In this document: positions 56,122 through 64,000 of the stretch, piece by piece
Layout: every line of letters starts with the position of its first letter
How positions within the stretch are numbered: position 1 is the stretch's first letter
NCBI GenBank assembly: GCA_001915065.1
Contig: MNDT01000019.1
Span: 1,264 to 65,263 of the forward strand
Direction: 5' to 3'
DNA from: an archaeon 13_2_20CM_2_53_6
Lineage (GTDB): Archaea > Thermoproteota > Bathyarchaeia > 40CM-2-53-6
DNA length: 64,000 bases
The notes under the pieces: model-generated
Seen by the model: only the letters and a program-made list of their open reading frames with translations
What the model was told of the DNA's origin: nothing
Database searches by the model: none
Made by a program: the position numbers and the translations under genes

Positions 56122-56628
56122 ATGGATCCGATTCCGAAAGGCTTCGGGACAGTAACCCCCTATCTATCGCTTGATCGGGCGGCCGAAGCACTTGAATGGT
56201 ACAAGAAAGCGTTCGGCGCCAAGGAGCTTGACAGAGAAACCGTGCCGGGCGGTAAGATCATGCATGCCAGAATTCGAATCGGCGATTCGATAATAATGCT
56301 GAGCGACGTCTTTCCTGGGGCGGACACGCAGGCACCGAGTGTTCTGGGAAACACGACAACGACGATGCACGTCTACACGAAGAATGTTGACAAGCTCTGG
56401 CAGCAAGCTGTTGACGCTGGAGCAAAAGTCAGCATGCCCTTGGACAACCAGTTCTGGGGCGAGCGCTACGGGAAGTTGAAAGACCCGTTCGGCCACAACT
56501 GGTCCCTGTCACAGCGTATCCCGATGACCAAGGCGGAGATGAAGGAGAAGCAAGAGCAGGCTATGGCCATGTTCTCCCAGGGCCAGCATCCAGGGGCAGA
56601 AGAACAGGCTCCACTGGCCCAACAATAG
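56122..56628 (+). CDS. VOC-family protein (PhnB-like)
   Basis: VTPYLSLDRAAEALEWYKKAFGA ... IMHARIRIGDSIIMLSD ... QFWGERYGKLKDPFGHNWSL. The track start 56056 adds a Lys-rich leader. Confidence 0.8.
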   Translation: MDPIPKGFGTVTPYLSLDRAAEALEWYKKAFGAKELDRETVPGGKIMHARIRIGDSIIMLSDVFPGADTQAPSVLGNTTTTMHVYTKNVDKLWQQAVDAGAKVSMPLDNQFWGERYGKLKDPFGHNWSLSQRIPMTKAEMKEKQEQAMAMFSQGQHPGAEEQAPLAQQ

Positions 56629-56844
56629 CGGAAACTAGGGATACTCATTTCAGCAGATCGGAAAACAAGCCATTCGACCATAGGTTCGGTAGGTAGGAGG
56701 GCTGTCTCTCCGAACGCCAAACCTCAGTCTCACTCTTCAGCGCTTGCGTGATCGGAGATATTTGTCCTGTGACTGCGAAGAATGGATGCTACGCAGTCGG
56801 TTAGATAAAAAAGGAGAAGTTTGGAGCTAGGCTCTTCGGGTCTG

Positions 56845-57279
56845 TTACTTCTTGGCGTAGATCTTGCCGTGGCTTTCGCCGGTGGCCATGTTGCCCTGGC
56901 CTTCGGCCCAGCCGGTGGAGTTGTTGAGCCAAGATAGTTTAGGTGATTGTGTCATGAAGTGTAGTTCGCCTTCCCAGCTGCCTGTCGTAGGACCGCTCAT
57001 GCGGCCTTTTCCGCTTCCCCAGACTACTACCATGTCTCCGTCCTTGGTGTTCATGATCGACTTGAGTTGCCATTCGTTGGTGCCGTCGGTCTTCTGGTTG
57101 ACAGTGACCGTGTCGATGTGGTTGCCGTGGAGTTTACCGCTGAACTCTCCCCGGTCGTTCATCTCTAGCTGAATCCCGTTGGGGCTGATGTCTTTGATGG
57201 TGGTGCTTACGTTCTTGGCGTGTAGCTCGTAGAGTAACTCGCCCTTCTGCATCGAGGCTTGAGCTTGCATGCTTCTCAA
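56845..57279 (-). CDS. Hypothetical beta-rich protein
   Basis: ORF with good coding character. No family is recognised. Confidence 0.5.
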   Translation of the reverse strand: MRSMQAQASMQKGELLYELHAKNVSTTIKDISPNGIQLEMNDRGEFSGKLHGNHIDTVTVNQKTDGTNEWQLKSIMNTKDGDMVVVWGSGKGRMSGPTTGSWEGELHFMTQSPKLSWLNNSTGWAEGQGNMATGESHGKIYAKK

Positions 57280-58204
57280 TCGCGCGACTGCGATAGTAGC
57301 TATATCAACGTTCCCGGCGCATGAAACGTGAAACTACTCCGGAACCATGGGAAGAAGAGGCGTAGCCTGTCAGCTGTCTAGCGGGGGGAGTTATTACGAT
57401 GAAGACTGTAGGGGGCCGCAGCCTCCATCTCTTCCCAAGAAGGCACTTTTGTGTCGCGAGGAGCAACTGCTTTTCAGAATTTCAGGAGGGGGGTCCGGCC
57501 AGTTGAACCCGATCTGGGCTTAAACTCCGGCTTGTCGCGTAGAATGGGCGAGTCGGGTGTTTTGGATATCTTGATTTAAGCGCAGGGATCAGAGTGAGAA
57601 TGCTGCGATGTCAGATCGACCGCCCAGATTTGTGATCAGGGCTTGTTCTGCGTTCGTCTCGCTGAAAAAATGGAGAGTCTACGGATTCTTAGCGCACCCT
57701 CCGTGTCTGCTTGAAATCGGACATAGGTTCGGCCGGGATCTGTCACGCGAGGAGCATGCGGTTTCAAAAGTACTCTAGATTTCCGGGCACGGCGAGTCTT
57801 AGCAGGGAAATGCTACAGTTGATAGCTGGGCTATGATTGCAGGGTAGAGAGGATTAGCGTGATCGAGGACAGTTCCTTGGTTCTAAGGGGATTTCGGGGC
57901 GTTTTGCAGGGGACTATCAGGACCCGCGCCTGAGGATTGGCTCCCAAGTAGAAGGCTTTGACCCACCAATAGTGAGTCTCGAAACTTTGTGTTTGCGCGC
58001 TGGCAAGAGAGTCTCATCGAGTTCGCATTCCGGCTCGAGAACGTCGATACTCTACTATTGACCTCGCCGGCGAGGGCCGGCATGGTTTCATTCTGGGCAA
58101 GGGCTTCGGTCCTGAAGTCGACGCACATGGAATGCAGAAGTTCTCACATGCATGATTTATCAGTGGACGTTGTGGTTTGTAGGGACTGAGAAGAAGATCT
58201 CGGC

Positions 58205-59161
58205 TTGTCGGTCGCAAAGGCCACAACCGTCCGTGCCAAGTCTCGCGGTAGAGACTCGAAGGTTACGCTGTCAAAGTATTCGTTTCGAGTGAAATATCTC
58301 CGCAAGAGTCGGGAGATACTGCGGCGTTTCAACGAAACGAAGCCCTGGCTTGACCAGCTCTACACGACATTTCTCGGTTTGAGACCGGGAATGACGATGG
58401 TGGACGTGGGATGTGGAACGGGAGATTTCACACGACGCTTAGCTACACTCTCGAAAGGGAGGAGCGAGGTTATTGGAATCGATTCTAATGCTGATGGTAT
58501 TGCTGCTGCCGTCGCCGACACCAACCACAACCGCCTCTCGAAGATGATATCCTACAGGGTTGGAGACGCGTACAAGATTCCCCTCGACGACGAGTATGCA
58601 GACCTTACTTGTTGCCGCAGTCTACTGATCCATCTAACTGATCCCTTGAAGGCGGTAAAGGAGATGGTGCGCGTTACAAAGAATCATGGATCGGTTGCTG
58701 CTCTAGAGAGTGGAAGGATGAGCGTGTTCTTCGACCCGAACGACGAGAGCTACAGTGAACTCTTCGACCAAGTGCAGGATGCCTTGTTTGACGGGATCAG
58801 AAAGCTTGAGGGAAAACATATCAGAATCGGCGATAGACTACCAGGAATCTTCCAGGCAGCTGGTCTCACCGGTATCAAAGCAGAAATCCAGGCGGACGGC
58901 TGGCTGTACACGGACCCTAGAAGAAGACTGGCCGATCTCAGACAACAATTGAGGTTTGATCTCTCAATGCTCGAGGCGAGATCCAAGATCGATAGGAAAT
59001 ACTTGATCGCAGGAGGAATGACAGACGCTAGAATCAACGCGTACAATCGGCAAACCATGGCAAAGACGAAAATGCTATTGTCCGACGACAAGAAGCTTCG
59101 GAATGATCCAAGCCTTTACGCAGCAAGCCTCTTCCTTGTCTCAGGAACAAAGATAGCCTAG
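58205..59161 (+). CDS. Class I SAM-dependent methyltransferase
   Basis: MVDVGCGTGDFTRRLA ... VIGIDSN ... DLTCCRSLLIHL. Confidence 0.8.
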   Translation: MSVAKATTVRAKSRGRDSKVTLSKYSFRVKYLRKSREILRRFNETKPWLDQLYTTFLGLRPGMTMVDVGCGTGDFTRRLATLSKGRSEVIGIDSNADGIAAAVADTNHNRLSKMISYRVGDAYKIPLDDEYADLTCCRSLLIHLTDPLKAVKEMVRVTKNHGSVAALESGRMSVFFDPNDESYSELFDQVQDALFDGIRKLEGKHIRIGDRLPGIFQAAGLTGIKAEIQADGWLYTDPRRRLADLRQQLRFDLSMLEARSKIDRKYLIAGGMTDARINAYNRQTMAKTKMLLSDDKKLRNDPSLYAASLFLVSGTKIA

Positions 59162-59546
59162 ACATAACGTCGCCTTTTCGGACCCGATAATGTCTATGCT
59201 GCGGGTCTCTGGACAGCCCGGGTGACAGGGAATTCTGAAAACACCCCGACAACAGTCTACTACCATATCGTTGCGCTAGGAAGCACGCGACCAGTAATAT
59301 CGTCCACCAGGTCGGTCGTCTTCACTGACAGATACCAGGCGTATGGACAGGACAACTCAGCGTCAGGAACCGATACCTGCCGGTTCACCAACAAACATGT
59401 TAGCCAACACATCTTAATGACCGCATCGCCTGTCTCACACTTGCCCGACACTCTCGACGCAAATATCGTTAAATATTCAGCGGCTGGCTAACCCGTTAGC
59501 TGGCTTTGTTCGTCATCATGTTCCTCAAGGTTAGCGAGATCTTGTT

Positions 59547-60143
59547 GTGATCTGCCGAGAAAAACGCGTACGGTTGGCCCTTCCGGGCCGTAGAGCCAGA
59601 GTAGCATCAAGGGTTTCAAAGGGACTCTTATTCACTCTCCTAACACTCCTAAGCATCGTGCCCGGACTTCCCGCAATTGCAGGAAACACTTCCGCTTCAG
59701 GCCAGATCAATCCGATTCGAGGTACACTCGGCCTAGGAGGCCAATCACAAGGTCCTCTGAAGGTTGGATCTAATCCCGTAACTAGCCTTTCCCTTCCGGG
59801 GAACGTGCTTTCTACCGTCGCCGCCTCAAGCGCTGCAGCAACGGTCCTACAATCGTCACCCAGCAACCTTACTCTAGAAACTCGGGGCTTGGTGTTAAGG
59901 CTGCTAGGTGGCAGCGCTCCGCATGATGAGCTACTGAATCGAAACCATGAGATTCTCAGTTCTTGGTCTACTTGGCGTGTGGAAGCTCAAACGGCTGGCT
60001 CCTGGATTCCTCTAGAGCCAAGGCTGACCAATTTTACGGTGCTCGGAGCTAATGCTAATGATACATACGTGATCAGAACAATGCAGGTAGGGTCTCCGGC
60101 ACAATCTGGGAGAATTGAGGATATTCTACAAGGTGATGCCTGA
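59547..60143 (+). CDS. Signal-peptide-bearing protein. It is either a separate leader gene or the out-of-frame N-terminus of the RHS protein.
   Basis: KGLLFTLLTLLSIVPGLPAIAG signal peptide. Its stop overlaps the ATG of the next ORF. Confidence 0.5.
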   Translation: MICREKRVRLALPGRRARVASRVSKGLLFTLLTLLSIVPGLPAIAGNTSASGQINPIRGTLGLGGQSQGPLKVGSNPVTSLSLPGNVLSTVAASSAAATVLQSSPSNLTLETRGLVLRLLGGSAPHDELLNRNHEILSSWSTWRVEAQTAGSWIPLEPRLTNFTVLGANANDTYVIRTMQVGSPAQSGRIEDILQGDA

Positions 60144-63100
60144 CGGTTCTTTGAAATGGGATCTGCAGTTTGACAGTAGAAGTGCGGGTTTTTATCGCCT
60201 TGTCTATGAGTGGCGAAATGTCACGAGCAATCGCCAGCTGAACGAGCCGTTGAAGAGGTTGCGAGTAAATTACGCTGGCTCAAACTTTACCTTTTCTTGG
60301 GCAGATATTCCCAGAGGATTTGATGTGACCTCAAGCATCTTTCACGACCAGTTTATTCTTTCTGTAAACCTCGGAGGATTGGCACCCGGTGTTCCGGTTG
60401 AGGTCGATCCTTACCTTGTGGGAAGCAGTAGTTTCTATTGGGCGACATCTACTTCTCAGCGAAGGGTCTTCTACGATCCGATCGGGGGTTACTATTGGGT
60501 CTTCTACGATGATGGGTCGGGGTTGACCTATCGATACTCTTCCGATGGGAAGAGCTGGAATCAGGGATGCGACATCCTTGGATGTGGTTGTAGTGGATAT
60601 CAATCGTGCGTACCCGGCACTTTCAATAATGATTCGGACATCTCCGTTTTCGGCCAGAATGTAATTGTTGCGAAAGGGGGACAGGCAACTGTCAGCTCAT
60701 ACCCAGGGGACGTTAAACAGTTCCTATACCTATCGTTATCTGTTAGCTACTTGATCGGGACGATATCTGGCTCCAATATTTCCTGGAGTTCACTTCAAGC
60801 TGCGGGCCGAGAAATCGTTTTCTGTCTACCGAACTGCTACTCGCTCGGAGCTGGAATAAGAGATGTTTCCGTCTATGTCGCTCCTACGGGCCGGCCATTG
60901 TTTTCTTACAACTTGTGGTACAACTATTACCCTTCGAACGACACTGACACATGCCCGCAGGGTGGCTCGACTACCTACTCCTACAGCGCCCTCAAGGTCT
61001 CCTATGTCAACGGTACAGGGTATTGGAAAAACAAAGAGATATTCAATGACAATAACGCACCCCTACCCAGTGGGCAGGAAGGATACTGCTACAGGTTCGA
61101 CCAGAACGATATTGCGAGGTCCATAATCCTCCCCTCAGATTCTCAAGGCGGATTTCGAGTCTTATACCAACAGCCGACTCATACGTACGGTAGTAGCGCG
61201 CCTTACAGTGTAAGCAACAGCTGGGTCCAGTTGGAATCTTATCTCAACGCAACGGGTTCCGTAGAGACCATCCCTGGAAACATCTACAATCTTGGAGCGA
61301 GTACCAGCCCTCCAGGAGGGCTAGGCAGCCCCGAGTTCTCAGCTGTTGCAGACGGAGACTATGGTACCCACGTCGTCTACCGGGCCTCCTCCGGGACGGT
61401 GACCTACCAGTATCGTCCTGTATCAGGCTCTTGGACCGGTTCGACTGATCTGTTCACGGGTCAGGCGTCGGACCCAACTATCTCTGTGGACTACTCTAAC
61501 AATGACGTGTACGCTTTCGCCCTGCAAGGCTCCGCGATAACAATGAGGGTGAAGCGGTCGGGCCAGTCATGGACGACCCAAACCCTTCCCGTAACCGGTA
61601 GGACGAATAATCCTCAATATCTCGGCTCCAGCTACTCCGCAGCCAGCGGGACCGCTTCAGGTCGTATATCACTGGTATGGACTGAGACGAACCCGTCTGC
61701 ATACTCGGTGGAATACGCGGGCATCCCCATCATGTCAGCATGGTCCCCATTTGCCTCCCCCACTGACCCTTGGGACGGCAATGGCATAGTTCCTTTCGGA
61801 GAGTATTTTGCTAATCTCGGCGAGTCCGTGTCGCCCAGTAACGGCATGCTGACTCTTAGCCAGACAGATCTCAGCGTTCCCGGTCGCGGCCTCAGCCTTG
61901 AAATTACAAGGAATTATGTTGAGCCTTACAGCCTCTGGAAGGGAAACCCGTACAATTACGAGAGCTATCCATGGGCCCCACTAGGCAATGGTTGGCAGCT
62001 CAACTTTCCTTGGCTAAATTACTCCAGTCCTCTCTATATCCATCTGTGGAATGGCGAGGGATACCGGATACCAGCGAGCTTCTGGAATGGCGGCTCAGGA
62101 ACCTTTGAAAACCATCAGGGAGAAAGCTTTCTCGCTACGAGGAACGCTGGCGGAATATTTCTTAATACTACTTCTGCAATCACCTACAGATTCGATCCAA
62201 ACAACTACAGGCTCACAAGCATCACGGATTCCACGGGTAATCGGATCCAACTTTACTACAATGTCAGCAATCAGATTGGTTGTGTGTTAGATACCCTGGG
62301 CAGGGGATTCAACTTCAGCTATTCGAACGGGCTACTCCAGAGCATTGGCGAGTACTCGGGTTGCCATAGCAGTAGCCTTGTAAGAACGGTTCTCTACAAC
62401 TACTCTGGGCAAAATCTCGTCTCCGTCACCGATCCTGCCGGGAGAATTACTAGCTATCTCTACCAGGCAGGCCCCTGGCTTCTGACCAGAGTCACATACC
62501 CTACTGGCTGGTATACGAACTTTACTTTTGCTCCCTTCAGGCTCGGAACAGAAGACCTTGTCTACTCCTGGAGGGTCTCCCACCAGACCGTCCTTGCCTC
62601 AACAGTATCCCAGATACGCCGTTTCGACTATAGTTATACCCAGGGTACCGGCGACGAAGTAACATCATCTGAGGTCAAGACCTACAATGGGACCAGCTTG
62701 ACTGGCTATACGGACTATGCTTTCTCGTACGCAGGCATGGTGCGGAATGTATCAGACGCCAACCATTCACTCGTGAGCGGTGTCCAACGCCTTTTCGACG
62801 GTCGTGGAGAAGTTATCACGGAGACATTTTTGGTGACCGACGGGGGCTCGCCACCTAAGATTGGAAGCTACACCAACACTTATCGCTACGACCTCTGGGG
62901 TAATCGCATCTACAGCCATACAATAATAAATCCCACTACAAACGTGTATCATGACAGCTTTGGCGCATTCTACAACGATAAGCTTCCTCTAGGCTTCTAC
63001 TACTTCGCTGATACCTTTAGTGACCGTAATGGTCAGGCGACGGACAACGCGGGATGGACAATGAGATCCTTCTGCCTTCCATGTCCAGCTCAAAATCCTG

Positions 63101-64000
63101 TTCAGACCATGAATGCGACAAATGGCTGGTTGCACTTTCATGTTATCGGGACTCTAGGCTTCAATTTTTACAGTCCCCAGCTTCCCATAGCTGGTAGCTA
63201 TTCTCACTGGAATGTAGCCTTCAACTGGAAGGCCGGCTCTGACGTTGCAAACTCTACAGTGCCTAACCTCATCTTCTCTCTCCAAACAAACCATGTAAGT
63301 CTCGAAATCAGTCCACTGGCTCGGCCTGGCATGGGCACAAGCCAGGCGGGTTCGTATTCGGCGGATCTCGCTTCAACTATCAACTCTCTCATCAATCCTC
63401 CGTATAACGCCACATGGGTCGAGTTGAACTGGAACATAAAAGGCGAATCCTTCAACAATGGACAAACGGGCGATCTAGCCAACGTAATGGTCTCCACGGG
63501 GACCAACTTCTCCAACGCTTTCTTGAATGGTAGCCCAGGACCCAGTATTCACCGAGCTTTGGCTGGGGCGGTTGAGTACCAGAATGGGACTGGCACGCTG
63601 CCCATTGAGACTTACTGCAACTACTCCTCCTGGGGCGGACTTCTCTCAATCAAGCAGCGCTATGACACGTCCAGCGGCACTCAGTGGCCTGCCATCTCTT
63701 ACACGTATGACCAGTTCGGCAACCCATCGTCCGTCACCAATACGGAGGGAAACCGAACCTACTTCACGTACTCCTCAAGATACCAGAACGCCTATCTAAC
63801 AAACGTCACTCAACGGGTAATCCCGGGGAACGTTCAGACTACAAGACTGTACAACTACGACGTCTACACTGGCAACAAACTGTCCCAAGCGGACCCCAAC
63901 GGTTCAAACACCACCTACAAGTACGATGTCCTGGGTCGAGTCACCAGAGTGGTGTATCCTCTCAGCCTAGGCTACGTCAACTTCACCTACAACGACTCTG
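60136..64000 (+). CDS. Very large BNR/sialidase-like propeller + RHS/YD-repeat protein; 3' end beyond the window
   Basis: Own translation of frame 1 is open from 60091 to 64000. It shows BNR-like SSDGKSW and KRSGQSW, the RHS core entry motif SVSPSNGMLTLSQTDLSVPGRGLSLEITRNY (about 61825), and YD repeats such as YRFDPNNYRLTSITDSTGNRIQLYY and YKYDVLGRVTRVVYP. It is not in the ORF track because it is edge-truncated. Confidence 0.85.
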   Translation, partial: MPDGSLKWDLQFDSRSAGFYRLVYEWRNVTSNRQLNEPLKRLRVNYAGSNFTFSWADIPRGFDVTSSIFHDQFILSVNLGGLAPGVPVEVDPYLVGSSSFYWATSTSQRRVFYDPIGGYYWVFYDDGSGLTYRYSSDGKSWNQGCDILGCGCSGYQSCVPGTFNNDSDISVFGQNVIVAKGGQATVSSYPGDVKQFLYLSLSVSYLIGTISGSNISWSSLQAAGREIVFCLPNCYSLGAGIRDVSVYVAPTGRPLFSYNLWYNYYPSNDTDTCPQGGSTTYSYSALKVSYVNGTGYWKNKEIFNDNNAPLPSGQEGYCYRFDQNDIARSIILPSDSQGGFRVLYQQPTHTYGSSAPYSVSNSWVQLESYLNATGSVETIPGNIYNLGASTSPPGGLGSPEFSAVADGDYGTHVVYRASSGTVTYQYRPVSGSWTGSTDLFTGQASDPTISVDYSNNDVYAFALQGSAITMRVKRSGQSWTTQTLPVTGRTNNPQYLGSSYSAASGTASGRISLVWTETNPSAYSVEYAGIPIMSAWSPFASPTDPWDGNGIVPFGEYFANLGESVSPSNGMLTLSQTDLSVPGRGLSLEITRNYVEPYSLWKGNPYNYESYPWAPLGNGWQLNFPWLNYSSPLYIHLWNGEGYRIPASFWNGGSGTFENHQGESFLATRNAGGIFLNTTSAITYRFDPNNYRLTSITDSTGNRIQLYYNVSNQIGCVLDTLGRGFNFSYSNGLLQSIGEYSGCHSSSLVRTVLYNYSGQNLVSVTDPAGRITSYLYQAGPWLLTRVTYPTGWYTNFTFAPFRLGTEDLVYSWRVSHQTVLASTVSQIRRFDYSYTQGTGDEVTSSEVKTYNGTSLTGYTDYAFSYAGMVRNVSDANHSLVSGVQRLFDGRGEVITETFLVTDGGSPPKIGSYTNTYRYDLWGNRIYSHTIINPTTNVYHDSFGAFYNDKLPLGFYYFADTFSDRNGQATDNAGWTMRSFCLPCPAQNPVQTMNATNGWLHFHVIGTLGFNFYSPQLPIAGSYSHWNVAFNWKAGSDVANSTVPNLIFSLQTNHVSLEISPLARPGMGTSQAGSYSADLASTINSLINPPYNATWVELNWNIKGESFNNGQTGDLANVMVSTGTNFSNAFLNGSPGPSIHRALAGAVEYQNGTGTLPIETYCNYSSWGGLLSIKQRYDTSSGTQWPAISYTYDQFGNPSSVTNTEGNRTYFTYSSRYQNAYLTNVTQRVIPGNVQTTRLYNYDVYTGNKLSQADPNGSNTTYKYDVLGRVTRVVYPLSLGYVNFTYNDS

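Noticed and set aside
1-64000. Stop-codon reassignment as an explanation for the in-frame stops in purL (TAA), the Csa3-like gene (TGA) and the DUF4331 leader (TAA).
   Set aside because: All three stop codons terminate well-conserved genes at the expected C-termini: purQ ends with TAA, folD with TAG, and purM and purD with TGA. A global recoding is therefore not supported.
1-64000. tRNA, rRNA, CRISPR arrays, and IS elements or integrases.
   Set aside because: I scanned the intergenic stretches by eye for T-loop (GGTTCGAATCC-like) signatures, regularly spaced repeats, and transposase or integrase-like translations, and recognised none. A covariance-model scan is still advisable.

Overview
The window is 64 kb at about 52-53% GC and is densely coding. 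It looks archaeal and aerobic. The evidence is split purS/purQ/purL, tandem Lrp/AsnC regulators, DUF996-, DUF2180- and HFX_2341-like proteins, frequent TTG/GTG starts, and secreted proteins rich in N-x-S/T sequons. I cannot name a lineage. All family calls come from motifs I recognise in the translations; no searches were run.

Main blocks:
- 1-14.6 kb: small regulators, membrane proteins and secreted proteins, including a disrupted DUF4331 gene.
- 14.7-21.3 kb: a copper/respiration island. It holds an A-type heme-copper oxidase operon (CuA subunit II, fused subunit I+III, small subunit IV-like) and several cupredoxins. Two 4-TM CtaA-like genes lie at 4.8 and 6.2 kb.
- 21.4-22.6 kb: a vapBC cassette bracketed by direct repeats.
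- 26.7-40.4 kb: one long minus-strand purine/folate cluster, purS-purQ-(3 tiny TM genes)-purL-purF-purD-HIT-NTase-purN-folD-GNAT-MTHFS-purE-purC-purM. In it purL and purC are visibly damaged.
- 40.5-47 kb: an accessory stretch with a DNA methyltransferase coupled to a phosphoesterase, a GHKL ATPase and a SAM methyltransferase.
- 47-59 kb: housekeeping and stress genes plus two ORF-poor, decayed-looking stretches.
- 59.5 kb to the right edge: a very large BNR-propeller + RHS/YD-repeat protein that runs off the window.

I found no rRNA, tRNA or CRISPR array. The most notable points are the RHS protein, the repeat-flanked vapBC cassette, the high density of interrupted conserved genes, and several genes whose conserved N-termini lie upstream of any ATG/GTG/TTG.
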